Below, one piece after another: positions 17,909 to 27,457 of a stretch of DNA of 64,000 bases. The notes under the pieces were generated by a model that was given only the letters and a program-made list of their open reading frames with translations, was not told the DNA's origin and did no database searches. The stretch comes from an uncultured Acidobacteriota bacterium (GTDB lineage: Bacteria; Acidobacteriota; Vicinamibacteria; Fen-336): the NCBI GenBank assembly GCA_963720545.1, contig OY970399.1:3296001-3360000 (forward strand), read 5' to 3'. Each line of letters starts with the position of its first letter. Within the stretch, counting starts at the first letter, position 1. A program made the position numbers and the translations under genes.

Positions 17909-19687
17909 ATGAATGCACTGGTGCTCTTGCTCGCTGCCGCGCTTCCGATGTTCCAGGCGCCCAAGGCGGCGGCTGCGCCCGCGGCGGGCGACAAGGCCGC
18001 GAAGCTGAAGGCGCTTTACGAACAGTTCTGGGAAGAGACGCTGCAGCTCAACCCGGTGCAGGCGACCTTCCAGGGCGACCCGCGCTACAACGACCAGTTG
18101 CCGAACTTCCTTTCGGCCGCCGACCGCGACAAGAACCTCGACTTCACGAAGCGCTGGCTGAAGACGGTGCAGGACGTCGGCAGCGCCGGGCTCAAGGGCC
18201 AGGACCTGCTGAGCTACGAGATCTTCGTGCACGACGCGGAGAGCGCAATCGAAGGCAGCAAGTTCCGCACGTGGATGCTGCCCATCCACCAGATGGGAAG
18301 CTTCGCGAGCCTGTTCGTGCAGCTCGGTTCCGGCACCGGCGCGCAGCCGTTTGCGACCGTGAAGGACTACGACAACTGGCTGGCGCGCACAGCGAAGATG
18401 CCCGAGATCTTCGACACCGCGGCCGCCAACATGCGCGAGGGCATGAAGGCGGGCGTGGTGCAGCCGAAGGTGCTGATGACCAAGGTGGCGGGGCAGTTGA
18501 GCGCCATCATCAAGGACAAGCCGGAAGACACGCTCTTCTGGGGCCCGATCAGGAAACTGCCGGCGAGCTTCTCCGACGCCGACAAGACCCGGCTCACGGC
18601 CGCCTTCCAGAAGACGATCGCCGAGGGGCTGATGCCGGCGTGGACGCGGCTGCGCGATTTCATCCAGAACGAATACCTGCCGGCATGCCGCGACACCATC
18701 GCGCTCACAGCGCTGCCCGACGGCGAAGCCTGGTACGCGTACAACGTGCGCACCTCGACCACCACCGACCGCACGCCCGCGCAGATCCACCAGATCGGCC
18801 TCGACGAAGTGGCGCGCATCCACGCCGAGATGCAGAAGGTGATGACGCAGGTCGGCTTCAAGGGCACGCTGCAGGAATTCTTCAAGTTCATGACCACGGA
18901 CAAGCAGTTCGGCTTCGCTTCGGAGGATGCGCTGCTCGCGTACTACCGCGCGCTCGAGGCGAAGATCAACGCGAAGATCCCGGGCCAGTTCGCGCTCATC
19001 CCGAAGTCGCCGTTCGAGATCCGCCCGGTCGAGCCGTTTCGCGCCCAGGCGGCGGCTGCCGGCCAGTACTTCCCGCCGAGCGAAGACATGACGCGCCCCG
19101 GCATCTTCTACGTCAACACCTACGACCTGCCGACGCGCAAGACCTGGTTCGCCGAAGCGCTCTACCTGCACGAGGCGATCCCCGGCCATCACTTCCAGAT
19201 CGCGCTGCAGCAGGAACTCACCGACATGCCGAAGTTCCGCCGCTTCGGCGGCGAGACCGCGTTCGCCGAAGGCTGGGGGCTGTACGCCGAGGGCCTCGGC
19301 AAGGACCTGGGCGTGTACACCGATCCCTACAACTACTTCGGCCGCCTGCAAAACGAGATCTGGCGCGCGATCCGCCTCGTGGTCGACACCGGCATCCACA
19401 CCAAGGGCTGGACCCGCGAGCAGGTCATCAAGTACATGATGGACAACTCCGCCGAGAGCGAAACGCAGTCGACCGCCGAGGCGGAGCGCTACGTCGCCAT
19501 GCCGGCACAGGCCCTCGCCTACAAGAGCGGCGAGCTCGCGATCCTGGCGGTGCGCCGCCGCGCCGAGCAGGCGCTCGGCGCAAAGTTCGACGTCCGCGAG
19601 TTCCACGCCGAGGTGCTGCGCGACGGCGCGCTGCCGCTGAGCGTCCTCGACGCCAAGATGGACCGCTGGATCGCCGCGAAGAAGTAG
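17909..19687 (+). CDS. DUF885 family protein (secreted metallopeptidase-like)
   Basis: Signal peptide; HEAIPGHHFQ, FAEGWGLYAE, RLVVDTGIH, PAQALAYK. Confidence 0.9.
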   Translation: MNALVLLLAAALPMFQAPKAAAAPAAGDKAAKLKALYEQFWEETLQLNPVQATFQGDPRYNDQLPNFLSAADRDKNLDFTKRWLKTVQDVGSAGLKGQDLLSYEIFVHDAESAIEGSKFRTWMLPIHQMGSFASLFVQLGSGTGAQPFATVKDYDNWLARTAKMPEIFDTAAANMREGMKAGVVQPKVLMTKVAGQLSAIIKDKPEDTLFWGPIRKLPASFSDADKTRLTAAFQKTIAEGLMPAWTRLRDFIQNEYLPACRDTIALTALPDGEAWYAYNVRTSTTTDRTPAQIHQIGLDEVARIHAEMQKVMTQVGFKGTLQEFFKFMTTDKQFGFASEDALLAYYRALEAKINAKIPGQFALIPKSPFEIRPVEPFRAQAAAAGQYFPPSEDMTRPGIFYVNTYDLPTRKTWFAEALYLHEAIPGHHFQIALQQELTDMPKFRRFGGETAFAEGWGLYAEGLGKDLGVYTDPYNYFGRLQNEIWRAIRLVVDTGIHTKGWTREQVIKYMMDNSAESETQSTAEAERYVAMPAQALAYKSGELAILAVRRRAEQALGAKFDVREFHAEVLRDGALPLSVLDAKMDRWIAAKK

Positions 19688-19738
19688 TCCTGAGAGCTCC
19701 TTGCGCTTGCGCTCGTCATCGACGGATTGGCTGTTCGT

Positions 19739-19755
19739 TGCGTCCGGACGCAGTC
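19739..19755. repeat. Palindromic intergenic repeat, copy A
   Basis: TGCGTCCGGACGCAGTC identical to 57978-57994; 14-bp perfect palindrome core. Confidence 0.7.
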
Positions 19756-19820
19756 GATTGCCGATTGGTCCGATTCAGTCGCTCCCCAAGCAGTCGCGTG
19801 GCCGGGGAGGCTTTTGGTGG

Positions 19821-19847
19821 TGTCTAGCAGTACTTGACTGCTGGACA
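19821..19847. terminator. 11-bp hairpin in convergent intergenic region
   Basis: TGTCTAGCAGT-acttg-ACTGCTGGACA with one G-U pair. Confidence 0.4.
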
Positions 19848-20621
19848 GCTGAAACCGAACGGCCCGCGACCCTCGCCGGCCGCTATTATTGGTTCAGCAG
19901 GGCGGTGAGGGTCGGCCAGGTGGACGGGCTCGCGCAGCACGAAGCCTTCGCCGTAGCGGACGCCGATCGTCTGGCCGTGGCGGCGGGCGGCGAGTTCCAC
20001 GGCTTCGCGGAACGAGTCGAAGGGCAGAGGCACCGCATCGCCGCCCGCAGGCTTCTGGAACTGGCTCGCGAACGCGAGCATCGCCTCGATCTTGCGGTCG
20101 AACTCGGCGCTGATGTCGATGACGACGTCGGCCGGGCGCTCGGCGGCCTCGGTCATGGTGAGCGCGTACGCGATCCTTGACGGGCGGAAGGCGTCGCCCA
20201 GGTCCGGCCGGTAGTTGCGCAGGCCCGCCATGAAGCACGCGTCGTAGACGAGGCGGCTCGCGGCCGCGTGGTCGGGATGGCGCTGCTCCCAGTGCTGCGT
20301 GATGACGAGGCGCGGGCGCAGGCGCCGCACTGCCGCGACGATGAGGTCGCGCTGAGCGGTGCCCGGTTCGAGTTGCGCGTCGGGTAGACCCAGCGACTCG
20401 CGATGCGCCACGCCCAGGAGGCGCGCCGCCGCCTGCGCCTCGGCTTCGCGAAGCTGCGGCGTGCCGCGGCTGCCTGCCTCGCCGCGCGTCAGGTCCACGA
20501 TGGCGATGCGCCGGCCGCGGGCCGCCTCTTTGATGAGCGTGCCGCCCATGACCAGCTCGGCGTCGTCGGGATGGGCGCAGAGGCCGGCGATGTCGTAACC
20601 GGTCCCGGCCGGCGCGGTCAT
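19824..20621 (-). CDS. bshB1: Bacillithiol biosynthesis deacetylase BshB1 (true stop probably 19886; see frameshift finding)
   Basis: PIG-L motifs AHPDDAEL, DLTRGEAGSRGT, RHPDH; in operon with bshA and bshC. Confidence 0.9.
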   Translation of the reverse strand: MTAPAGTGYDIAGLCAHPDDAELVMGGTLIKEAARGRRIAIVDLTRGEAGSRGTPQLREAEAQAAARLLGVAHRESLGLPDAQLEPGTAQRDLIVAAVRRLRPRLVITQHWEQRHPDHAAASRLVYDACFMAGLRNYRPDLGDAFRPSRIAYALTMTEAAERPADVVIDISAEFDRKIEAMLAFASQFQKPAGGDAVPLPFDSFREAVELAARRHGQTIGVRYGEGFVLREPVHLADPHRPAEPIIAAGEGRGPFGFSCPAVKYC

Positions 20622-20630
20622 CGGCGTGTC

Positions 20631-20984
20631 CTAGCCGGCACGCGTGCCGTCGGGCACCGCGGCCTCGGGCTGCGCGAGCACCGGCGTCACGCCGTCCTCG
20701 TAGCCGATGTCGAACAGCATGCCGTCTGAGAGCATGCCCGCCATCCTGCGCGGCTCCAGGTTGACGACGAACAGCGCCTGCCGTCCCACCAGCTCCTGCG
20801 GGTCGGCGCGCTCACCCTTCATGCCGGAGAGGATGGTGCGTTCGTGGTCGCCGAACGAGACCACCAGCTTGAGCAGCTTGTTCGAACCAGCCACGTCGTC
20901 GATGCGGCGGATGGTGCCGACGCGGACGTCGAGCTGGTCGAGCACCGCCTTCGCAACCACCGGCTTGATGGGCGCCGGAGTCAT
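20631..20984 (-). CDS. tRNA-binding OB-fold protein (CsaA/Trbp111/MetRS C-terminal-like)
   Basis: LDVRVGTI, KLLKLVVSFG, RTILSG, VVNLEPRRMAGMLSDGMLF. Confidence 0.88.
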   Translation of the reverse strand: MTPAPIKPVVAKAVLDQLDVRVGTIRRIDDVAGSNKLLKLVVSFGDHERTILSGMKGERADPQELVGRQALFVVNLEPRRMAGMLSDGMLFDIGYEDGVTPVLAQPEAAVPDGTRAG

Positions 20985-22105
20985 CAGCCGAGGATCCGTT
21001 CGTAGTACTTCTCGTACTGCGTGACGATGCGCTCGGCGCCGAACAGCGACTCGGCGCGGCGCCTGCCGGCGGCACCAAGTGCCGCGCGCCGCACGTCGTC
21101 CTTCAGGATCTCGACGGTGCGCGCCGCCATCCCCTCGATGTCGCCGACCGGCAGCAGGAAGCCGGTCTCGGTGTGCTGCACCACCTCCGGCAGACCGCCG
21201 GCGTCGGAACCGACGACTGGCACGCCGCACGCCATCGCCTCGAGCGCCGACAGGCCGAACGACTCAAGCTCGGACGGCAGCAGCAGCACCTGCGCCATGC
21301 CCGCGATCTCCTCGATGCTTTCCTGCGTGCCGAGGAAGTGCACCTTGGACGCGATGTTGAGGCGGCGGGCGAGCGCCTGCGCGGAGGAGCGCTCGGGACC
21401 CTCGCCGACCATCAGCAGCACCGACGGTACCTCGCGCGCCACCCGCTCGAAGATGCGCACCACGTCGAGCACCCGCTTCACCGGCCGGAAGTTCGAGATG
21501 TGCAGGAGGATCTTCTCGCCGGCGGGGGCGAACGCCACGGCGTTGTTGTAGGCGCGCGACGGACAGTAGGTGGTGAGGTCGATGAAGTTGGGGATCACCT
21601 CGATCGGCCGCTGCACGTCGAACTCGTCGCGCGTCATCTTGCGCAGGAACTCCGAGACCGCGGTGACGCCGTGCGACTTCTCGATGCCGAAGCGCGTGAT
21701 CTCGAAGAACGAGCGATCCTGGCCGACCAGCGTGATGTCGGTGCCATGCAGCGTCGTGATCAATTTCGGCTTCTCCGGGCTGCCGAGCATCTGCCGCGCG
21801 GTCAGCCCGGCGATCGCGTGCGGGATCGCGTAGTGCACGTGCAGGATGTCGAGCTGGTGTTCGCGCGACACCTCGGCCATCTTCGCGGCGAGCGCCAGCT
21901 CGTGCGGCGGAAAGTCGAAGAGCACGTACGAAGAGACGTCCACCGGATGGAAGGCGATGTTCTGCTGGTAGTCGCCGAGGCGGAACGGCAGGCGGTAAGA
22001 AATGAAGTGCACCTGGTGGCCGCGCCGCGCGAGCTGCTTGCCGAGCTCGGTCGCAACCGCGCCCGAGCCGCCCACGGTCGGGTAGCAGGTGATGCCGATG
22101 TTCAC
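20984..22105 (-). CDS. bshA: N-acetyl-alpha-D-glucosaminyl L-malate synthase BshA
   Basis: IGITCYPTVGGSGAVATELG, HVHYAIPHA, TTLHGTDITLVG, HISNFRPVKR, ESFGLSALEAMACG. Confidence 0.95.
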   Translation of the reverse strand: MNIGITCYPTVGGSGAVATELGKQLARRGHQVHFISYRLPFRLGDYQQNIAFHPVDVSSYVLFDFPPHELALAAKMAEVSREHQLDILHVHYAIPHAIAGLTARQMLGSPEKPKLITTLHGTDITLVGQDRSFFEITRFGIEKSHGVTAVSEFLRKMTRDEFDVQRPIEVIPNFIDLTTYCPSRAYNNAVAFAPAGEKILLHISNFRPVKRVLDVVRIFERVAREVPSVLLMVGEGPERSSAQALARRLNIASKVHFLGTQESIEEIAGMAQVLLLPSELESFGLSALEAMACGVPVVGSDAGGLPEVVQHTETGFLLPVGDIEGMAARTVEILKDDVRRAALGAAGRRRAESLFGAERIVTQYEKYYERILG

Positions 22106-23742
22106 AGGCTCAGCACCTGGTGGCCGTGCGCCCACGGATCCATCCGCCGCGCCACCTCGGCGAGCGCACCGGTGCCGTGGCGCGCCACCATGCCGATGAG
22201 TCCGAGGCCGCGCTCCTGCAGCACCCCGCCGGGAAACAGCTGGTCGCGCGTGCGGCGCAGGCGGTCGGCGCGCGCCTGGTCCTTCTTCTTGAGCGCGCGC
22301 GTCGCCTTCTCGTGCAACACGCCGAGCGGGTGCAGCGCGCGGCCCAGCGCGGAGTCGGTGGCGGCGCGCAGCGTCGGGTCGAGGGCGGCGAGCGTCTCCT
22401 CGACCTTCTTCATCTCGCGGCTGAGGGCATCGCGTGCGCCCGAGAACGCGGCTTCCACTTCGGGGTAGCTTTCCTCGGTCCAGCGGCCGAACAGCGTCTC
22501 GAGGTCGCCCTGCAGGTCGGTGACGCGCAGCCCCTCGTTCTCCAGCGTGCGGCTGGCCGCCGATTCGACCAGCGTGAAACTCGGCCGCGGGATGAGTGCC
22601 GGGCGCTCGATGCCGAAGTGCGCATACGACGGGCCGATCTGCGCGTGGTAGGCGATTTCCGCCGGGCCGCCGATGTAGGCGATCGTCGGCAGCATGAAGT
22701 CCTGCGCCAGCGGCCGCAGCAGCGCGCCGGGGCTCCACGCGGCCGGCTCGCGCTCGAGGCGCGCCAGTGCTTCGTTCATTTCCAGGCGCCGGCCGATGCC
22801 GCGCACTTCGACATGACCGTTCTGCGAGCCCAGCGCGCGGCGCGCGCCGTCCTCGAACAGGAACAGGTTGAGGAAGCCGTCGCGCACCGGTACCTGCTGG
22901 TGATAACCGGCGGCCTTCAACTTCGCGGTCGTCTCGATCGCGAGCCGCGAGCTGGGCGAGCCTTCGGCGAGCTCGCGCCGCAGCACCGGCACCATCAGCG
23001 GCTTGAGCGCCGGGTCGGACGGATCGAGGACCACCATGCCGGGGAACAGCGACGTCATGAGGCGCGCGAATGCGGTGGACATCGAGGTGCCCGGCGCGTA
23101 GGCCACGCGCAGCTTCTCCAGCCACTCGTCGCGATGCACCGAGGGCGGCAGAGCGTCGCGCAGTTCGCCGAGCGCGGCGCCGATGTTGTCGTCGAGGACG
23201 ATGCGCGATGCCGGCAGCCCCGCCGGCTCGCGCCGCGGCGAATAGCGCACCGAGCGGATCTGGCCGGCTTCGTCGAGCACGCTGACGGTGCGGATCTCGG
23301 CGAAGTCGTGATCGTCGGACGCGATCCAGAACACCGGAATCACCGCGCGCCCGGACTTCGCCGCCACCGCCTGCGCCACTTTCTGCGCCGCGAGCGCCTT
23401 GTAGGCGACGTACAGCGGCCCGCCGAAGAGGCCGGCCTGCTGCCCGGTTGCCACCACCGCTGCGCCGGGTTCGGCGAGACGCCCCGCGAGTTCGGCGCTT
23501 GCCGCCGAGCCGCCGAACGCAAGCTGCTGCCGGCGCAGCACCTCGGCCACCTGCTGGTAAACGGCGGCGCTCTCGGGTGTGCGCTGTCTTACGGCGCGTG
23601 CCGCGAGGTCGTCGAGATCGTACTTGCCGCCGCCCAGGAAGCCGCCGGCTGCGCCGGTGCCGCCGAGGTAGTCGAGAAACAGGCGCGTGGGAGCCTGACG
23701 AAAGGCCCCGTACGCGATGAGCGTGTCGTTGTCGGCGGGCAT
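22102..23742 (-). CDS. bshC: Bacillithiol biosynthesis cysteine-adding enzyme BshC
   Basis: ATGQQAGLFGGPLY, PVFWIASDDHDFAEI, SPGALLRP, YIGGPAEIAY, LQER. Confidence 0.93.
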   Translation of the reverse strand: MPADNDTLIAYGAFRQAPTRLFLDYLGGTGAAGGFLGGGKYDLDDLAARAVRQRTPESAAVYQQVAEVLRRQQLAFGGSAASAELAGRLAEPGAAVVATGQQAGLFGGPLYVAYKALAAQKVAQAVAAKSGRAVIPVFWIASDDHDFAEIRTVSVLDEAGQIRSVRYSPRREPAGLPASRIVLDDNIGAALGELRDALPPSVHRDEWLEKLRVAYAPGTSMSTAFARLMTSLFPGMVVLDPSDPALKPLMVPVLRRELAEGSPSSRLAIETTAKLKAAGYHQQVPVRDGFLNLFLFEDGARRALGSQNGHVEVRGIGRRLEMNEALARLEREPAAWSPGALLRPLAQDFMLPTIAYIGGPAEIAYHAQIGPSYAHFGIERPALIPRPSFTLVESAASRTLENEGLRVTDLQGDLETLFGRWTEESYPEVEAAFSGARDALSREMKKVEETLAALDPTLRAATDSALGRALHPLGVLHEKATRALKKKDQARADRLRRTRDQLFPGGVLQERGLGLIGMVARHGTGALAEVARRMDPWAHGHQVLSL

Positions 23743-23871
23743 TAGTGATCTGGATCGCTCGCGACCATTGTATGCGAGCCCCGGTGGATGCTAGATTCCA
23801 TTCACCTTAGTGAAAACCCTCTTCGCCCGAAAACCCGAGGTCTCTCCGGTCCCTGGCGAGTTCCCAGGTCG

Positions 23872-26046
23872 ATGACCGAGAAGGACCAATCGGAAAAGAT
23901 GCCGGCCACCATTGGCCGGTACCAGATCCAGGAAAGCGTCGGATTCGGGGCGATGGGCGCCGTTTACAAGGCGTTCGATCCGCTCATCAAGCGGACCCTG
24001 GCGATCAAGACCATCCGCCTCGACATCCCGAAGCAGAGCGCCCAGTACCAGTCGTTCATCGAGCGCTTCTATCACGAGGCGCGGATCTCGGGCACCTTGT
24101 CGCACCCGCACATCGTCACGCTCTTCGACATCGGCGAAGAGCACGGCATTCCGTACCTGGCGATGGAGTACGTCCCGGGCGACACGGTTTCGGCCCTGCT
24201 CGAGCAGGGTCCGCGCTTCGCACCCGAACGCGTGGTGAGCGTCGTCAGCCAGGTGGCCTCGGCGGTCGACTATGCGCACGGCCGCGGCGTCGTGCACCGC
24301 GACATCAAGCCGTCGAACATCATCCTGCACGAGGGCGACAAGGTTAAGGTCACCGACTTCGGGATCGCCAAGCTCGCGAACGCCGACATGACGCAGTCGG
24401 GCACGCTCCTGGGCACGCCGTCCTACATGTCGCCCGAACAGGCGATGGGCGAGAAAGTGGACGGCCGCAGCGACATCTTTTCGCTGGGTGTCTGCGCCTA
24501 CGAGATGCTTTCGTCGCGCCAGCCGTTCCCCGGCAGCAACGTCACCGCCATCCTCTACAAGCTCGTCAACGAGGAGCCCGCGGTGCCGGCCGACCTCGAA
24601 GCCATCGGCCTGGTGCCCGACAAATGGCGCGAAGTCTTCGCCAAGGTGCTCGCGAAGAAGCCGGCCGACCGCTACGAAACCGCGGGCGCTTTCGTCGCCG
24701 ACCTCGAGTACTGCCTCGCCTCCTGGTTCGGCGGGTTGAGCGACGCCACCATGGTGGGCGCGCGTGTCGCCGGTCCCGAGGACGCAACGGTGGTGACCGC
24801 GGCAACCGCCACGGTTGCGCCGCCGGTCGCCGAGGACGCGACCGTCACGGTGGTCCGTCGCCCCGACGACAAGGCAGAGGGCGCCGACGCGAACGCGGGC
24901 GCGACCGTCCAGATTCCGCCGAAGGCGCCGCCCTCTGGCGACCCGGGAGCCACAGTGGTCACGCCGCCGGTGACCAGGCCGGTGGCGGCGCAGAAGCCAC
25001 CCGTCGGCGGCGCGGTCAAGGCGCCCGTCCCGCCTGCGCCCCCGGCGGCCGCGGCGCCGTCCAAGCCGGCTGCGCCCGGCAGCGCTCCGAAACGCAGCGG
25101 CCTGCCGGTGGTCGTGCTCGGCGCCGCGGCGCTGCTCGTCGTCGGCCTCGTCGGCTGGTTGCTGATGCGCCGCGCGCCGATCCCCGAGCCGACGCCGGCG
25201 CCGGTCGTGGCCGAGACGCCGTCGGCCGAGCCGACGGTTGCGGCGCCGGTCACCGGCACGCTGCACGTCGAATCCGATCCCGCCGGCGCCGCGGTGATGG
25301 TCAACGGCGAAGCGAGGGGCAACACCCCGCTCGACCTCACCGGCCTGCCGTTCGGCGACCTCGCGGTCAAAGTGGACCAGCGCGGCTACGAGTCGCAGAC
25401 GCAAACGGTCTCGCTGTCGGCGGCCGCCGCCGCGGCCGAGGTGAAGGTGACGCTCGCGCGGCGTACACCGACCACGGCGTCGATCGACATTTCGAGCACG
25501 CCGCTCGGCGCCGACGTGCTGATCAACGGCGGCATCGTCGGCCGCACGCCGATCCTCGACCTGAAGCTGCGCGCCAACAACTACAAGGTCGAGGTACGGC
25601 GCGAGGGCTACGAACCGTTCTCGACCAATGTGCGCCTCGAAGCCGGCAAGAAGGGCACCGTAGACGCCGCGCTGCGCGCCGTCGCGGCGGCGCCCGCGGC
25701 CACGGCGCCATCCGCCAGCCATGCCGCCCAGCCGGTGGACACGAGCCGGGTCTACGCCATCGAGGAAGTGGACAAGCGGCCGAACCGCATCGCCGGCGTG
25801 ACCGCGTCGTATCCATCCAACAAGCTTCCCAGGCTGCGCCAGGGCCAGGCCGCCTCGGTGACCGTCAGCTTCCTGGTGAGCGAGGCCGGTGCGGTGTCCG
25901 ACATCAAGGTGACCGAGTCGGGCGGCCCCGTACTCGACGAGGAAGTGGTGAACGCGGTGCGCGGCTTCCGCTACAGCCCGGGCGAAAAGGGCGGCCAGCC
26001 GGTCAAGGTGCGCCTCACCTTCAAGCAGACTTTCCGCGGGGCCTAG
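23872..26046 (+). CDS. Ser/Thr protein kinase with TM helix, two PEGA domains and C-terminal TonB_C domain
   Basis: GFGAMG, LAIK, HRDIKPSN, DFG, GTPSYMSPE; TM LPVVVLGAAALLVVGLVGWLLM; two S.P.GA.V..NG...G.TP repeats; TonB-like YP..VTVSFLVSEAGAVSDI..FRYSPG..GGQPV. Confidence 0.9.
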   Translation: MTEKDQSEKMPATIGRYQIQESVGFGAMGAVYKAFDPLIKRTLAIKTIRLDIPKQSAQYQSFIERFYHEARISGTLSHPHIVTLFDIGEEHGIPYLAMEYVPGDTVSALLEQGPRFAPERVVSVVSQVASAVDYAHGRGVVHRDIKPSNIILHEGDKVKVTDFGIAKLANADMTQSGTLLGTPSYMSPEQAMGEKVDGRSDIFSLGVCAYEMLSSRQPFPGSNVTAILYKLVNEEPAVPADLEAIGLVPDKWREVFAKVLAKKPADRYETAGAFVADLEYCLASWFGGLSDATMVGARVAGPEDATVVTAATATVAPPVAEDATVTVVRRPDDKAEGADANAGATVQIPPKAPPSGDPGATVVTPPVTRPVAAQKPPVGGAVKAPVPPAPPAAAAPSKPAAPGSAPKRSGLPVVVLGAAALLVVGLVGWLLMRRAPIPEPTPAPVVAETPSAEPTVAAPVTGTLHVESDPAGAAVMVNGEARGNTPLDLTGLPFGDLAVKVDQRGYESQTQTVSLSAAAAAAEVKVTLARRTPTTASIDISSTPLGADVLINGGIVGRTPILDLKLRANNYKVEVRREGYEPFSTNVRLEAGKKGTVDAALRAVAAAPAATAPSASHAAQPVDTSRVYAIEEVDKRPNRIAGVTASYPSNKLPRLRQGQAASVTVSFLVSEAGAVSDIKVTESGGPVLDEEVVNAVRGFRYSPGEKGGQPVKVRLTFKQTFRGA

Positions 26047-26080
26047 ACCACCTATACTGGCCTTCGGAGCCAAGGAAGAA

Positions 26081-26662
26081 GTGTCCGGCGTAGACGACGT
26101 CATCGGCGAACAGCGCGTGCCCCTGGTGGCGGACCACGGCCGCCGCGGCGCGTTGCGCGGCCTGCGCGAACTTGCCCAGGACTTCGCGGTCGCGGTCATC
26201 TTCTGCTTCTTCGTCATCACCTACGTCGCGCAGGCGTTTCGCGTCCAGGGCACGAGCATGCTGCCGTTGCTCGCCGACAACGAGCGCATCATCGTCAACA
26301 AGTTCATCTATCGCGTCAGCCCCATCGAGCGCGGCGACGTGGTGGTCTTCTATTTCCCCTCTGATCCGTCGGTGTCCTTCATCAAGCGGGTGGCGGCGCG
26401 TCCCGGCGACACGGTCGAACTGCGTTCGGGCGCGCTCTACGTCAACGGCCGCGCGGTGCGCGAGGACTATGTCGCGAACGCGTACCGCGACACCGGCAGC
26501 TTCGGCCCGCTCACGGTGCCGGCCGGTTACTACTACGTGCTCGGCGACCATCGCAACAGCAGCAACGACAGCCGCTCCTGGGGCGAGGTGCCCGAGCGCT
26601 ACATCTACGGCAAGGCGTTCGCGCGCTTCTGGCCGCTGTCGAAACTGGGCGCCATCCGCTAG
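26081..26662 (+). CDS. lepB: Signal peptidase I
   Basis: GTSMLP, FIKRV, LGDHRNSSNDSRSWG; one N-terminal TM. Confidence 0.93.
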   Translation: MSGVDDVIGEQRVPLVADHGRRGALRGLRELAQDFAVAVIFCFFVITYVAQAFRVQGTSMLPLLADNERIIVNKFIYRVSPIERGDVVVFYFPSDPSVSFIKRVAARPGDTVELRSGALYVNGRAVREDYVANAYRDTGSFGPLTVPAGYYYVLGDHRNSSNDSRSWGEVPERYIYGKAFARFWPLSKLGAIR

Positions 26663-26668
26663 GAAGCC

Positions 26669-27457
26669 GTGAACCGCATGAGGCCCCTCTATCTCGCACT
26701 CTCCGGCGGCGGCGCGCACGCGGCGTCGCATGCCGGCGTGATCAAGGCGCTCGAAGACAACGGCGTGCCCATCGCCGGCGTCGCCGGCGTCAGCGGCGGC
26801 GCGCTGGTGGCGGGCGCCTGGGCCGGCGGCGCCGACCTCGACAGCCTCGTCGACCAGGCCTCGCGCCTGCATCCGTGGATGTGGGTGCGCGGCTGGGGTG
26901 GGGGCCTCCTCTCGGGCACCCGGCTCGGCATGCTGATCGACCAGTTCCTGCCCGAGGCCACCTTCGAGGGGTTGAAGGTGCCGGTGCGCGTGCTCGCCAC
27001 CGATGTCGACACCGGCGAGGCCGTGGTCTTCGACAGCGGCGAACTGCGCGATCCGGTGCGCGCCTCGTGCAGCTTCCCGGGCGTGTTCCCGCCAATGGTG
27101 CTCAATGGCCGGAGGCTCTACGACGGCGGCATCACCGGCGTGGTGCCGGTGCGCATCGCGCGCGACATGGCGGGCGACCAGGGGGTGGTGATGGCGGTCG
27201 ACTGCAACAGCGGCACCAAGTGGCCCATCGCCGACTCGTTCGTCGCCATCGCGCTGCGCGCGGGGCTGACGCTGCTGCGCGGCCGCACCCGCAGCGAGCT
27301 GCTCGGCGCCGACCTGGTGATCGCGCCGTCGATGGGCGATTCGGGCTGGATGCGGCCGGCGAAGATCCCGAGCTTCTACGAAGCGGGCAAGGTGGCGCTC
27401 AACGACGCCCTCCCGGAAGTGCGGCGGCTGCTGCAGGCCGCGGCGATTGCATCGTGA
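26669..27457 (+). CDS. Patatin-like phospholipase
   Basis: LALSGGGA, nucleophile GVSGG, ASCSFPGVFPP, DGG. Confidence 0.9.
   Translation: MNRMRPLYLALSGGGAHAASHAGVIKALEDNGVPIAGVAGVSGGALVAGAWAGGADLDSLVDQASRLHPWMWVRGWGGGLLSGTRLGMLIDQFLPEATFEGLKVPVRVLATDVDTGEAVVFDSGELRDPVRASCSFPGVFPPMVLNGRRLYDGGITGVVPVRIARDMAGDQGVVMAVDCNSGTKWPIADSFVAIALRAGLTLLRGRTRSELLGADLVIAPSMGDSGWMRPAKIPSFYEAGKVALNDALPEVRRLLQAAAIAS

Noticed and set aside
26669..27457. Patatin as a CBASS/CapV-type defence effector
   Set aside because: No nucleotide cyclase or other defence genes nearby; looks like an ordinary RssA-like patatin
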